Positions 1 to 9,477 are shown, numbered from the stretch's first letter. The stretch: 59,248 bases of DNA from Acidobacteria bacterium RIFCSPLOWO2_12_FULL_65_11 (GCA_001767495.1 MELA01000083.1:1-59248), one strand, 5' to 3'. Numbers and translations: made by a program. The notes: a model not told the origin generated them from the letters alone.

Positions 1-428
1 CACCGCCGCCGCCACCGCCGCCGCCACCACCACCGCCGCCGACCGAAGACGAGCTCTTCGCGCGGAAGTCGCTGGCGCAGTTGAACGCGGAGCGCCCGCT
101 CGACGACAACTTCTTCGATTTCGACAAGTCAGAGATTCGCGCCGATGCGCGCGGACCGCTGCAGAAGAATGTGGACTGGATGAGAAGGTGGACGAGCACC
201 CAGGTGACGATCGAGGGCCACTGCGATTCGCGCGGCAGCGCCGAGTACAACCTCGGGCTGGGCACGAGGCGCGCAACCGCGGTCAAAGACTACATGGTCA
301 GCTTGGGTGTGCCGGCCAACCGCATCATCATCATCAGCAAGGGGAAAGAGCAGCCGTTCTGCACCGTGGAGAATGAAGCCTGCTGGCAGCAGAACCGGCG
401 CGGACACTTTCTGATCACCGCGAAGTAA
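1..428 (+). CDS. pal: OmpA-family peptidoglycan-associated lipoprotein (Pal-like); 5' end outside window
   Basis: Frame is open from the window edge (phase starts at nt 3). Poly-Pro linker is followed by an OmpA C-terminal-like domain (FDFDKSEIR...EGHCDSRGSAEYNLGLGTRRA). Stop TAA at 426-428. Confidence 0.85.
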   Translation, partial: PPPPPPPPPPPPPTEDELFARKSLAQLNAERPLDDNFFDFDKSEIRADARGPLQKNVDWMRRWTSTQVTIEGHCDSRGSAEYNLGLGTRRATAVKDYMVSLGVPANRIIIISKGKEQPFCTVENEACWQQNRRGHFLITAK

Positions 429-443
429 GGCCTCAGGGCAAGA

Positions 444-525
444 ACCGGTTTCATCACTGTAGTGTCCGGCTTCTGCCGGACCTGAAGTCCGCCTAAAGGC
501 GGACACTACAAGGTGATGAAACCGG
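444..525. repeat. Composite palindromic element: two inverted REP-A copies (459-482, 487-510) inside outer inverted repeats; likely bidirectional terminator
   Basis: Outer arms accggtttcatcac (444-457) and gtgatgaaaccgg (513-525). Inner copies gtagtgtccggcttctgccggacc and gtccgcctaaaggcggacactaca. Lies between convergent genes. Confidence 0.8.
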
Positions 526-527
526 CC

Positions 528-788
528 CTAAGCCGTCTCCGTTCTTGGCGCACGTAGCATCCGCCTCAGGTCGTCTTCACTCACTCGATACTTCGCGACC
601 TTCTTCCCGTCCATCAGAAGCACTGGAATCTCCAGCCCGTAGCGACGCTCGAGCTCCGGGTCTCGCGAGACGTCGACTTGCTCGACGTGCAGGCGGCCGG
701 GCATCGCGCGCGCCACGCGCTCGACGATCGCCTTCATCTCGTCGCACAAATGACAGCCGGGGCGCGAATAGAGCGTGAGCGCGGTCAC
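528..788 (-). CDS. Glutaredoxin-like small thioredoxin-fold protein (DUF836-type)
   Basis: LTLYSRPGCHLCDEM (CxxC) followed by EIPVLLMDGK. GTG at 788 avoids overlap with pyrD; the ORF track allows a start as far up as 872. Confidence 0.7.
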   Translation of the reverse strand: MTALTLYSRPGCHLCDEMKAIVERVARAMPGRLHVEQVDVSRDPELERRYGLEIPVLLMDGKKVAKYRVSEDDLRRMLRAPRTETA

Positions 789-807
789 GACGTGTCCGCC
801 GCTCGTC

Positions 808-1746
808 TCATGAAGCAGTCCACTCCTTGTCGCCGGCCGCCGTGTCGAGCGTTCCGACGAGGTCGGCGACACGGGCGATCTGGTGTCGCCGCATGTAATC
901 GCTGATCCCGTCGATGAGTTTTGGCCAGATGAAGGGATCGACGAAGTTGGCCGTTCCCACCTGCACGGCGGTGGCTCCGGCGATCATGAACTCGATCGCG
1001 TCACGGGCGTCGGTGATGCCGCCCATGCCGATGATGGGAATCTTCACCGCCTGGCGGCATTCGTACACCATCCGCACGGCAATGGGCCGGATGGCCGGCC
1101 CGCTCAGTCCGCCGACGACGTTCGAGATCTTCGGCCGGCGGGTCTCGACGTCGATGGCCATGGCGAGAAACGTGTTCACGAGCGAGACGGCGTCGGCGCC
1201 GGCGTCGGCCGACGCGCGAGCGAAGGAGGCGACGTCGGTGACGTTGGGGGTCAACTTGGGAATGAGGGGGAGTCGAGTCACTTTCCGAACCGCGCTCACC
1301 ACGTCGAACGTCCCCGTGAGGCTGCACCCAAACTGCATGCCGCCTTCTTTGATGTTGGGGCAGGAGATGTTGAGCTCGATGGCCGCGACGCCTTCCGCGT
1401 CGGAGAGGATGCGGGAGATCTCGACGTATTCGTCGAGCGTCGATCCGCAGATGTTGACAATGACCGTGGCGCGCCGCGCGCGCAGCTCGGGCAGCTTTTC
1501 AAAGATGAAGCGGCGGACGCCGATGCCCTGCAGGCCGATCGCGTTCAGCATGCCGGCCGGTGTTTCGACGATGCGCGGCGAGGGATGACCCTCGCGCTCG
1601 GCGAGAAACAGCCCCTTGACGGCGACGCCGCCGAGCGAGGCCAGATCGACCAGGTCGGCGTACTCGACGCCGTAGCCGAAGCAGCCGCTCGCGGCGATGA
1701 GCGGATTCTTGAGGGTGAGGGCGCCGATGCGGACAGAGAGATCCAT
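808..1746 (-). CDS. pyrD: Dihydroorotate dehydrogenase, class 1B catalytic subunit
   Basis: MDLSVRIGALTLKNPLIAASGCFGYG...NISCPN...GGLSGPAIRPIA. Sits downstream of pyrK. ATG at 1746 preferred over the ORF-track start at 1785. Confidence 0.9.
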   Translation of the reverse strand: MDLSVRIGALTLKNPLIAASGCFGYGVEYADLVDLASLGGVAVKGLFLAEREGHPSPRIVETPAGMLNAIGLQGIGVRRFIFEKLPELRARRATVIVNICGSTLDEYVEISRILSDAEGVAAIELNISCPNIKEGGMQFGCSLTGTFDVVSAVRKVTRLPLIPKLTPNVTDVASFARASADAGADAVSLVNTFLAMAIDVETRRPKISNVVGGLSGPAIRPIAVRMVYECRQAVKIPIIGMGGITDARDAIEFMIAGATAVQVGTANFVDPFIWPKLIDGISDYMRRHQIARVADLVGTLDTAAGDKEWTAS

Positions 1747-1758
1747 CTCAGCGCCCAT

Positions 1759-1832
1759 CGAACACAAAGGACACCAAGGACACAAAGAACCAAATGGGCA
1801 TTTCCTTCGTGTCCTTCGTGTCCATGGTGTCG
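1759..1832. repeat. Hairpin built from about 9-nt tandem units (GGACACNAA family)
   Basis: Left arm cgaacacaaaggacaccaaggacacaaagaac. Right arm ttccttcgtgtccttcgtgtccatggtgtcg. Lies between pyrK and pyrD. Confidence 0.8.
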
Positions 1833-1839
1833 AATGTCC

Positions 1840-2628
1840 TCACTCCCACGATATCTGATCCCCCGGCAGCACCGGTCCACTCAGACACGATCGGACGTGA
1901 TGGACGCGGCCGTCGTCGGATCGCATTGGCACGACGCAGCTGTAGCAGCCGCCCAGGCCGCATCCCATGATGCGCTCGACCGACACCTGGCACGGGCGGT
2001 TGTAGCGCACGGCAATCTTGGCTGTTGACGCGAGCATGCCTTCCGGGCCGCAGGCGTACACCATGACCGGCGCATCGGCCCTCCGGGCGGCGAGTCGGCG
2101 CTCGAGCGGCGCGACCACCCGCCCGCGCTCGCCGGCGCTGCCGTCCTCGGTGGTCAGGACGAGCTCGACGCCAAGACCGCGGAACAGATCCAGATAGAAG
2201 AGTTCTTGAGCGCGTCGCGCGCCGTAGAAGAGCGTCGATCGCACGCCACGCGAACAGAGTGCGTGGGCGAGGGTGGCAAAGGGTGCCAGTCCGACGCCGC
2301 CGGCGACCATCCAGGCCTCGGTGGGCGCGTCGACGGGCGAGAACGGTCGGCCGAGCGGACCGAGGCAGGCGATCCGTTCTCCAAGCCGTGCGGCGTACAG
2401 GAGCGAGGTCGAGACGCCGATGCGTTTGTTGAGCAGCGAAAGGCCAGTGACGCCGGCCGTTTGGTCGCGGAGCACTTCGAACACCGAAAACGGCCGTCTG
2501 AGCAGCGGGTCGTGGCCCGATCCCGCCTTGACCATGACAAACTGTCCGGGCGAGGCGGCCGCCGCGATAGAGGGCGCGCGAAGCGCCAGCACGTTGTAGT
2601 CACTCGAGAGCTGCCGGTTGGCGATCAC
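1840..2628 (-). CDS. pyrK: Dihydroorotate dehydrogenase electron-transfer subunit (FAD / 2Fe-2S)
   Basis: FNR-like fold (RRPFSV, GGVGLAP) and C-terminal cluster motif CGLGGCYSCVV. Lies immediately upstream of pyrD. Confidence 0.88.
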   Translation of the reverse strand: MIANRQLSSDYNVLALRAPSIAAAASPGQFVMVKAGSGHDPLLRRPFSVFEVLRDQTAGVTGLSLLNKRIGVSTSLLYAARLGERIACLGPLGRPFSPVDAPTEAWMVAGGVGLAPFATLAHALCSRGVRSTLFYGARRAQELFYLDLFRGLGVELVLTTEDGSAGERGRVVAPLERRLAARRADAPVMVYACGPEGMLASTAKIAVRYNRPCQVSVERIMGCGLGGCYSCVVPMRSDDGRVHHVRSCLSGPVLPGDQISWE

Positions 2629-2664
2629 TTCGGCGGCGACGTCAATGACTGGTGAGACTGGGGA

Positions 2665-2780
2665 GATTGATGATTGCGGATTGATGATTGATGATTATTG
2701 CTGATTCAAGATTCCGCAATCAATGAGCAATGAGTAGTATCAGTAATCATCAATCAGCAATCGCCAATCATCAATTCACG
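2665..2780. repeat. Imperfect inverted array of 7-nt units (GATTGCG/GATTGAT family)
   Basis: Left arm gattgatgattgcggattgatgattgatgatt. Right arm aatcatcaatcagcaatcgccaatcatcaat. Forms the leader of sthA. Confidence 0.8.
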
Positions 2781-2792
2781 AGACCTTCGCTG

Positions 2793-4205
2793 ATGTCAGA
2801 GAAGCACGTATTCGACGTGGTGGTCATCGGGTCGGGGCCCGGCGGCGAAGGGGCGGCCATGCGCTCGGTCAAGAACGGGCGCTCGGTGGCCGTGGTGGAG
2901 GACCTGCCGCGGGTCGGCGGCAACTGCACGCACTTCGGCACCATCCCCTCCAAGGCCTTGCGCCAGGCAATCCAGCAGCTGATGGAGTTCAAGACCAGCC
3001 CGCTCTTCAAGGAAGCCGCGGCGGAGTACGTGGCCGATTTCCCGTTGTTGCTCAAGGCCGCCGACGCCGTCATCGAACAGCAGGTCGCGGTCAGGGCCGC
3101 GCACTTCGAGCGCAACAAGGTGCGCCTCGTGCACGGCAAGGCGCGGTTCCTGAACGCCAACGAGGTGGAAGTGACCGATAAGAAGGGCGCGAGGGAGACG
3201 CTCGCGGCGAAGGCCTTCATCGTCGCGGTCGGCGCCCACCCCTACCATCCCGCGGACGTCGATTTCTCGCACCCGCGCGTTGTCGACTACGACACGGTGC
3301 TCGATCTCAAGGAGACACCTCGGACACTCACCATCTACGGCGCCGGCACCATCGGCTGCGAGTACGCATCGATCTTCCGCAACCTCGACGTGAAGATCAA
3401 TCTCGTCAACACGCAGGACAAGCTGCTGACGTTCCTCGATGACGAGATTGTCGACGCCTTGAGCTACCACCTGCGCGACCAAGGCGTGCTCATCCGCCAC
3501 AACGAGGAGTGCGCGAAGGTGGAGCCGCGCGAGGACGGCGTGGTCCTGCACCTGAAGTCCGGCAAGCAGCTGAAGACCGACTACCTGCTCTGGGCCAACG
3601 GTCGGACCGGGAACACAGAAGGGCTGGGCCTGGACGCGCTGGGAGTCGAGATCGACTCGCGCGGATACATCAAGGTGGACGCCGGCTACCGGAGCGCCGT
3701 GCCGCACATTTATGCGGTCGGCGACGTGGTGGGCGCTCCCTCGCTGGCGAGCGCAGCCTACGACCAGGGCCGCTTTGCGGCCGGCCACATCCTGCACGGC
3801 GAGAGCGACGAATCGCTCATCGCGAACATCCCCACCGGCATCTACACGGTGCCTGAGATCTCCTCAATCGGCAGGACCGAACGCGAACTGACGGAACAAA
3901 AGGTGCCGTACGAAGTCGGGCACGCGGCATTCCGTCATCTGGCCCGGGCTGAAATCACGGGACGCACGGTGGGGATGCTGAAGCTCCTGTTCCACCGCGA
4001 CACGCTCGAGATCCTGGGCGTGCACTGCTTTGGCGACCAAGCCTCGGAGATCGTCCACATCGGTCAGGTGGTGATGTCTCAGAAGGGCGAAGCCAACTCG
4101 GTCGAATACTTCACGAAGACGACCTTCAACTATCCGACGATGGCCGAGGCCTACCGCGTCGCCGCGCTGAACGGCCTCAACCGCCTCGCACGCGGAAACT
4201 CGTGA
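2793..4205 (+). CDS. sthA: Soluble pyridine nucleotide transhydrogenase (Si-specific NAD(P)+ transhydrogenase)
   Basis: [17 protein letters not shown]...[20 protein letters not shown] and a C-terminal [14 protein letters not shown] dimerisation region. ATG at 2793 chosen because residues upstream translate the heptamer array. Confidence 0.85.
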   Translation: MSEKHVFDVVVIGSGPGGEGAAMRSVKNGRSVAVVEDLPRVGGNCTHFGTIPSKALRQAIQQLMEFKTSPLFKEAAAEYVADFPLLLKAADAVIEQQVAVRAAHFERNKVRLVHGKARFLNANEVEVTDKKGARETLAAKAFIVAVGAHPYHPADVDFSHPRVVDYDTVLDLKETPRTLTIYGAGTIGCEYASIFRNLDVKINLVNTQDKLLTFLDDEIVDALSYHLRDQGVLIRHNEECAKVEPREDGVVLHLKSGKQLKTDYLLWANGRTGNTEGLGLDALGVEIDSRGYIKVDAGYRSAVPHIYAVGDVVGAPSLASAAYDQGRFAAGHILHGESDESLIANIPTGIYTVPEISSIGRTERELTEQKVPYEVGHAAFRHLARAEITGRTVGMLKLLFHRDTLEILGVHCFGDQASEIVHIGQVVMSQKGEANSVEYFTKTTFNYPTMAEAYRVAALNGLNRLARGNS

Positions 4206-4212
4206 ATTGAGC

Positions 4213-4319
4213 GCGGGTCCTGTCCGCGAACAGCCCCACCGGGTGCTCGGCCGAAAGACAGCCTGTCACGGGACACGGCCTCCGCGCCCGGCGGGGCGGC
4301 CCCGTTCGCGGCCACCCGC
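4213..4319 (-). mobile_element. MITE-like repeat, copy A (inverted relative to copy B at 29444-29547)
   Basis: About 85% identity by hand alignment to the reverse complement of 29444-29547. Ends are imperfect inverted repeats (gcgggtcctgtccgcgaacagcccc / ggggccccgttcgcggccacccgc). Confidence 0.6.
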
Positions 4320-4841
4320 TTCGCCCTCTGGCGTGACGTCAGTCTCAGTCCTTATCAGGCTCAGCGTTGGGGAATTCGTCAGGCTCGCGTTGGTGATTGC
4401 CGGCTCCATCGCCTTGGCCAACCCGAAGTCCAGTACCTTGACCTTTTCCTCCGGCGTGATCTTCACGTTCGCCGGCTTGAGGTCCCGGTGGACGACGGCT
4501 TTCTCGTGCGCCGCTTCAAGCGCCTCTGTTATCTGGCGGGCGATGGCCAGGGCTGCATCGACAGGAAGCCCTGAGCCGTGAGTCTTGAGCCGCTCCGCGA
4601 TCGTCTCGCCCTCGACCAGCTCCATGATGAGGAAGTGCCGGTCGCCGTCTTGCTCCATCCCGTAGAGCGCCGCAATGTTGGGGTGGTTGAGCGAGGCGAG
4701 AACCTGCGCCTCGCGCTTGAAGCGCGCGACGCGTTCGGGGTCGGTGGCAAAAGCTTCGGGGAGGACCTTGATGGCGACCTCGCGCCCGAGCTTCGTGTCT
4801 CTGGCGCGATAGACCTCACCCATGCCGCCCGCGCCCAGCAT
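4266..4841 (-). pseudogene. Ser/Thr protein kinase remnant (N-lobe to DFG only)
   Basis: LGAGGMGEVY, VAIK, HRDLKPAN and DFGLAK are present, but no activation-loop APE or C-lobe. The frame runs into the MITE-like repeat and stops. No start codon upstream of the G-loop. Confidence 0.7.
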
Positions 4842-4891
4842 GGCAACGATTTCGTTTTGACCCGCCCGCGCGTTCTGGTAGGGTGTCGCCG

Positions 4892-5782
4892 ATGAAATTC
4901 GGTGTGACGTTCCCCCAGAGAGAAATCGGCACAGACCCGGTGGCCATCCGCGATTTTGTCCAGGCGGCAGAAGGCGCGGGCTTCGATTACCTGGTCGCGT
5001 ACGACCATGTCACCGGCGCCCATCCGGACAGATTCATCGGCCGGGATGTCGGCTTCCCTTCACCTCCGTATCTCTATGACTGCCAGTTTCACGAGCCGTT
5101 CACGCTCTTCGCCTATCTCGCCGGCCTGACCACACGAATCGAGTTCACGACCAGCATCTTGATTCTGCCCCAGCGCCAGACGGCTCTGGTGGCCAAGCAA
5201 GCCGCCGAGGTGGATCTGCTGTCTGGCGGGCGACTGCGACTGGGTGTCGGGGTAGGGTGGAACTTCACCGAGTACGAGGCGCTCAACCAGGACTTTCACA
5301 CGCGCGGCGCCCGTCAGGAAGAGCAGATCATCGTCTTGCGCAAGCTCTGGGCCGAAGAGCTTGTTTCCTTTCACGGGCGCTGGCACCACTTCGATCGCGT
5401 CGGCATCGCTCCCCGGCCCACGCGTCCGATTCCCGTGTGGATCGGCGGCGGCTTGACCGATCCGTTGATGAAGCGCGTGGCTCGGGTCGCGGACGGCTGG
5501 ATGCCGCTGTTGTTTCCCGGTCAGGACGCGGCGGAGGTGTTCGGCCGGCTCCGTTCCCACTTGGAGCACCAGGGTCGGGACATCGCGTCCTTCGGACTCC
5601 AGGCGGCGGTATGGACGCAGCCCGGACGCGAGGCCGACTGGATCGGCAACGCCAAGCGCCTGCAATCCCTCGGCGTCACTCATCTCGGTGTCGGAGAGTT
5701 CCCAGCCCGAGGCACCCCGAGCGAGGCGCTCGCCAGAGCGATCGCGGCCAAACAACTGCTGGCACCGGCGCTCCAGGATTGA
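4892..5782 (+). CDS. Luciferase-like (LLM class) F420-dependent oxidoreductase
   Basis: MKFGVTFPQREIGTDPVAIRDFVQAAEGAGFDYLVAYDHV...RLRLGVGVGW, typical of the LLM/F420 family. Confidence 0.75.
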   Translation: MKFGVTFPQREIGTDPVAIRDFVQAAEGAGFDYLVAYDHVTGAHPDRFIGRDVGFPSPPYLYDCQFHEPFTLFAYLAGLTTRIEFTTSILILPQRQTALVAKQAAEVDLLSGGRLRLGVGVGWNFTEYEALNQDFHTRGARQEEQIIVLRKLWAEELVSFHGRWHHFDRVGIAPRPTRPIPVWIGGGLTDPLMKRVARVADGWMPLLFPGQDAAEVFGRLRSHLEHQGRDIASFGLQAAVWTQPGREADWIGNAKRLQSLGVTHLGVGEFPARGTPSEALARAIAAKQLLAPALQD

Positions 5783-5800
5783 CCAGACCACCGTGCGGCT

Positions 5801-5841
5801 GCACAATCCTGTAATCCTGCCATTCTGCAATCCTGCAATGC
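5801..5841. repeat. Short-period repeat (AATCCTGC family); reverse complement of the array at 19361-19396
   Basis: gcacaatcctgtaatcctgccattctgcaatcctgcaatgc. Its reverse complement shares attgcaggattgcagaatggcaggatt with 19361-19396. Confidence 0.8.
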
Positions 5842-5865
5842 TATAATCACCCCCGCTCTTTAAAC

Positions 5866-5890
5866 GCGTCCCTGCGAGGACGCAAAGAGG
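5866..5890 (+). promoter_or_regulatory. Candidate PyrR-binding hairpin adjoining a Shine-Dalgarno sequence
   Basis: gcgtcc-ctgcga-ggacgc then aaagagg. Resembles the PyrR binding-loop consensus ARUCCAGAGAGGYU...GCAA (here GUCCCUGCGAGGACGCAA). Confidence 0.3.
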
Positions 5891-5896
5891 TGACTG

Positions 5897-5980
5897 ATGC
5901 CGTCCCGCGCGCCCGCTCCCCGCAATCACCCAATCACCCAATTACTCAATTACCCAATTCCGCCGCAGGTGTCCTTGTGA
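5897..5980 (+). other. Possible 27-codon leader ORF, stop overlapping a GTG start of pyrR (GTGA)
   Basis: ATG lies 6 nt after aaagagg. Translation is [30 protein letters not shown] at 5978-5980 overlaps GTG at 5977. Confidence 0.25.
5923..5960. repeat. 8-nt tandem repeat (AATCACCC family)
   Basis: caatcacccaatcacccaattactcaattacccaattc. Confidence 0.8.
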
Positions 5981-6510
5981 CCGTCGTGATGGACGCGGAC
6001 CGCATGAGCCGCACGCTGACGCGCATCGCGCACGAGATCGTCGAGCGCAACCGGGGCATCGAGGAACTGGCGCTCGTCGGCATTCGCACGCGCGGCGTCC
6101 CCATCGCCAAGCGCCTGGCGCACGCGATCGGTGAGATTGCCGGCCACGAGGTGCCGACGGGCGCGCTCGACATCACCCTGTACCGCGACGATCTGATGCG
6201 CCACGCCGTGGGCCCACAGCCGGTCGTCCGCAGCACCGAAATTCCGTTCTCGATCGACGACAAGCGCATTCTGCTGGTGGACGATGTGCTGTACACCGGC
6301 CGGACGATTCGGGCGGCGCTCGACGCGCTCATCGATTTCGGCCGCCCGAAGGTGATCCAGCTCGTCGTGCTGGTCGACCGCGGGCACCGCGAGCTGCCGA
6401 TCAAGGCCGACTACGTGGGCAAGAACCTGCCGACCTCGGCCAGCCAGAGCGTGCAAGTGCACCTGATGGAGATAGATGGCAAAGACGAGGTTGAGATTCA
6501 GGAGACATAG
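5977..6510 (+). CDS. pyrR: Bifunctional pyrimidine operon regulator / uracil phosphoribosyltransferase
   Basis: [12 protein letters not shown]...[10 protein letters not shown]...DITLYRDDL...[20 protein letters not shown]...[11 protein letters not shown]. Start is uncertain (GTG 5977, ATG 5989 or GTG 5890). Confidence 0.9.
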   Translation: MTVVMDADRMSRTLTRIAHEIVERNRGIEELALVGIRTRGVPIAKRLAHAIGEIAGHEVPTGALDITLYRDDLMRHAVGPQPVVRSTEIPFSIDDKRILLVDDVLYTGRTIRAALDALIDFGRPKVIQLVVLVDRGHRELPIKADYVGKNLPTSASQSVQVHLMEIDGKDEVEIQET

Positions 6511-6537
6511 GAATTGCTGATTGCGGATTGCTGATTA
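6511..6537. repeat. 7-nt tandem repeat (GATTGCT/GATTGCG) immediately upstream of the pyrB ATG
   Basis: gaattgctgattgcggattgctgatta. Confidence 0.8.
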
Positions 6538-6538
6538 C

Positions 6539-7468
6539 ATGAAGAAGGACTTGCTAAGCATCGCTGACCTCTCGTGTGAAGAGATCACGCTGATTCTCGA
6601 CACGACCGAGGCCATGCGCGAGATCGGCCAGCGGCCGATCAAGAAGGTCCCGACGCTGCGCGGAAAGACCGTCGTGAACCTGTTTTACGAGCCGAGCACG
6701 CGTACCCGCACGTCGTTTGAGATCGCCGAGAAGCGGCTGAGCGCCGACACGCTGAGCATTCCGGTCTCGACCTCGAGCGTGCTGAAGGGCGAGACGCTCG
6801 TTGACACGGCCCTGAACATCGAGGCCATGCAGCCCGACATGATCGTCTTGCGCCACGCTTCGTCCGGCGCCGCTCATCTGCTGTCGCGCATCTGCCGGTC
6901 GCGGATCATCAACGCGGGCGACGGCATGCACGAGCATCCGACCCAGGCGCTGCTCGACGCCTTCACCATCCGCGAGCACAAACACCGCATCGAGGGCCTC
7001 AAGGTGACCATCGTCGGCGACCTGCTGCACAGCCGCGTGCTGCGATCGGACGCGCTGCTGCTGACCAAGCTCGGCGCCCAGGTGTGTGTCTGCGGGCCGG
7101 CGACGCTCGTGCCGGTCGGGATCGAGCGGCTGGGCGTGCGGGTGTCGACGTCGGTGGACGAAGCGGTGGCCGACGCCGACGTGATTATGCTGCTGCGGAT
7201 TCAGCACGAGCGCATGCAGGGAGCGTTCTTCCCGTCGGTGCGCGAATACTTCAACACGTTCGGCATGACGAAAGCACGCGTGGCGCGCGCCAGGCCGGAT
7301 GTCATCATCATGCATCCGGGTCCGATGAACCGGGGCGTCGAGATCGCGTCGGATGTCGCGGATGGTCCGTACTCGGTGATTCTCGAGCAGGTGGCCAACG
7401 GCGTCGCGGTCCGGATGGCGGTCCTGTATCTGCTGGCGGGCGGTGTAGAAGATGAAGCGGCTGCTTAG
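6539..7468 (+). CDS. pyrB: Aspartate carbamoyltransferase catalytic subunit
   Basis: [13 protein letters not shown]...HPTQALLD...[11 protein letters not shown]. Confidence 0.93.
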   Translation: MKKDLLSIADLSCEEITLILDTTEAMREIGQRPIKKVPTLRGKTVVNLFYEPSTRTRTSFEIAEKRLSADTLSIPVSTSSVLKGETLVDTALNIEAMQPDMIVLRHASSGAAHLLSRICRSRIINAGDGMHEHPTQALLDAFTIREHKHRIEGLKVTIVGDLLHSRVLRSDALLLTKLGAQVCVCGPATLVPVGIERLGVRVSTSVDEAVADADVIMLLRIQHERMQGAFFPSVREYFNTFGMTKARVARARPDVIIMHPGPMNRGVEIASDVADGPYSVILEQVANGVAVRMAVLYLLAGGVEDEAAA

Positions 7469-8786
7469 GGGTGGACGCGTCGTGGACCCGGCCAACGGCC
7501 GGGACGGCATGTTCGACGTGCTCGTCGACGGCGATCGCATTCTGCGAGTCGGTCGAGATCTCGCCCCCGACTCTGACACACAGGTGGTCGAGTTGCCGGC
7601 TGGGCTCGTCGTCTGTCCGGGCCTCATCGACATGCACGTCCATCTGCGCGAGCCGGGGCAGGAGCACAAGGAGACCGTGGCGACCGGCACGGCGGCGGCT
7701 GTCGCCGGCGGGTTCACGGCGGTCGCGTGCATGCCGAACACCAGCCCGGTGAACGACAACGCCGGCGTCACCGAGTTCATCCTGAAAAAGGCCGCCGAAG
7801 CTCACCTCGCCCGCGTCTATCCGATTGGCGCGGTCTCGCGCGGGCAGCAGGGCGACGAGCTCGCCGACATCGCCGAGCTGAAGCAGGCCGGCTGCGTCGC
7901 CATTACGGATGACGGGCGGCCCGTGGCGACAGCGATGCTGATGCGGCGCGCGCTCGAATACGCCGGCATGTTCGGGCTGGCCGTCATCGAGCACTGCGAG
8001 GAGCAGACGCTCAAGGCCGACGGCGTCGCCCACGAGGGGTTTCACGCGTCAACGCTCGGCCTGCGCGGCATTCCCGGCGAAGCCGAGTCGATTATGGCGC
8101 TGCGCGACATCTCGCTGGCGGCGCTGACCGGGGGCGTGGTCCACATCGCGCACATGAGCGCGCGGCAGACGCTCGATGCGGTCCGGTACGGCAAGTCGCG
8201 TGGCGTCCTCGTCACGTGCGAGGTCACGCCGCACCACTTCGTCCTGACCGACGAGATGCTGGCGGCGCCGATTCCGTACGACACAAACGTCAAAATGAAC
8301 CCGCCGCTGCGCGAGGCGGTCGATCGCGACGCCATGCTGGCGGGCCTCGCTGACGGCTCGATCGATGTGATTGCGACCGACCATGCGCCGCATCATTACG
8401 ACGAGAAGCGCGTCGAGTTCGACCACGCGCCGTTCGGCATCACCGGTCTTGAAACGGCGGTGTCACTCTGTTTGGACCGCCTCGTGCATCCGGGTGTCGT
8501 CACGCTTTCGAGAATCGTCGAGCTGCTGTCGGTCAACCCCGCGCGGATTCTGAAGGTGGCGGGCGGCTCGCTGGCCGAGGGCGCGCCCGCCGACATCACC
8601 GTCCTCGCGCCCGATCTGAGGGTGAAGGTGTCGGTGGAGCGCATGCGCTCGAAGTCGAAAAACACGCCGTTCGATGGCTGGCAGCTCCGCGGAGGCGTGG
8701 CGGCCACCATTGTGGGTGGACGAGTGGTCTATGTGAATGAAGACGTGTCCGGCTTCAGCCGGACCTTGAGGCGTGAGCTGAGGTGA
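7452..8786 (+). CDS. pyrC: Dihydroorotase (multifunctional-complex type)
   Basis: [13 protein letters not shown]...ATDHAPH. Overlaps the pyrB stop. The C-terminal tail ([13 protein letters not shown]) is encoded by a REP-A copy. Confidence 0.9.
   Translation: MKRLLRGGRVVDPANGRDGMFDVLVDGDRILRVGRDLAPDSDTQVVELPAGLVVCPGLIDMHVHLREPGQEHKETVATGTAAAVAGGFTAVACMPNTSPVNDNAGVTEFILKKAAEAHLARVYPIGAVSRGQQGDELADIAELKQAGCVAITDDGRPVATAMLMRRALEYAGMFGLAVIEHCEEQTLKADGVAHEGFHASTLGLRGIPGEAESIMALRDISLAALTGGVVHIAHMSARQTLDAVRYGKSRGVLVTCEVTPHHFVLTDEMLAAPIPYDTNVKMNPPLREAVDRDAMLAGLADGSIDVIATDHAPHHYDEKRVEFDHAPFGITGLETAVSLCLDRLVHPGVVTLSRIVELLSVNPARILKVAGGSLAEGAPADITVLAPDLRVKVSVERMRSKSKNTPFDGWQLRGGVAATIVGGRVVYVNEDVSGFSRTLRRELR
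8745..8765. repeat. REP-A copy inside the 3' end of pyrC
   Basis: gtgtccggcttcagccggacc, translated as VSGFSRT. Confidence 0.8.
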
Positions 8787-9433
8787 ATGGAGCAATGAGT
8801 CCAACCATGAGCGTCGATCGTCAATCGGATATTCGTGAGAAAGCGCTGAAGGATCTCCAGCAGTCCGAGGTCCTGATGCTCGGCGGGCACTTCGATTACG
8901 GGAACCTCTACCACGGGCGCGTGTACCTCAACGCGCACCAACTGTTTCGTCACCCGTCGACCATCTGGCGCTTCGCGCAGGACCTCATCGATCTGCTTCC
9001 GTCCGATCTCATTCAACGGACCGAGGTCGTGGCCGGTCCGGCGACCGGGGGAGCGCTCCTGGCGCACACCATCGCGGGGCTGCTCGACAGCCGGCGCAGC
9101 CTCACGCATCCACCGTGCAGCTTCGCGCCGTTCAACGTCGAGGCGGCGGGCGGACTTGCGCTCAGACCGTTCTATCGCCGGGAGCTGGCGGGGAAGCGCG
9201 TGCTGCTGGCCGACGATGTGCGGAACACGGGAGAGACGTTCGCCCGGTGTGCGGCGCTCGTCCGCGAGTCGGGAGGCACGGTGCTGGCCACCGTCGAGAT
9301 CTACGATCGGCTGGAGGCGCTGCGCGATCTCGGCGTGCCGAACGTCGCGCTCGCCGAATACAAGGCGCCCGAAAACTACAAAGCGGAGGATTGTCCCCTC
9401 TGCAAGGCCGGCACGCCCATCACGAGATTCTGA
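8783..9433 (+). CDS. Phosphoribosyltransferase, PyrE-like paralogue
   Basis: PRPP loop VLLADDVRNTGETF and C-terminal CPLCKAG, as in the pyrE at 22186 (CPLCAKG). GTG start overlaps the pyrC stop (GTGA). Confidence 0.7.
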   Translation: MNGAMSPTMSVDRQSDIREKALKDLQQSEVLMLGGHFDYGNLYHGRVYLNAHQLFRHPSTIWRFAQDLIDLLPSDLIQRTEVVAGPATGGALLAHTIAGLLDSRRSLTHPPCSFAPFNVEAAGGLALRPFYRRELAGKRVLLADDVRNTGETFARCAALVRESGGTVLATVEIYDRLEALRDLGVPNVALAEYKAPENYKAEDCPLCKAGTPITRF

Positions 9434-9477
9434 AGGCTCTTTGACCGCCGACGACGGTATAGTCCTCTTGACCGTTC

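Noticed and set aside
4207-4581. 124-aa plus-strand ORF downstream of sthA
   Set aside because: It reads through the MITE-like repeat and runs antisense to the kinase remnant. No motifs.
8783-9433. PRTase next to the R-M island as a retron or defence effector
   Set aside because: Its start overlaps the pyrC stop, so it is part of the pyr operon. It shares the PyrE-specific C-terminal CPLC motif. No reverse transcriptase or msr/msd-like structure is nearby.
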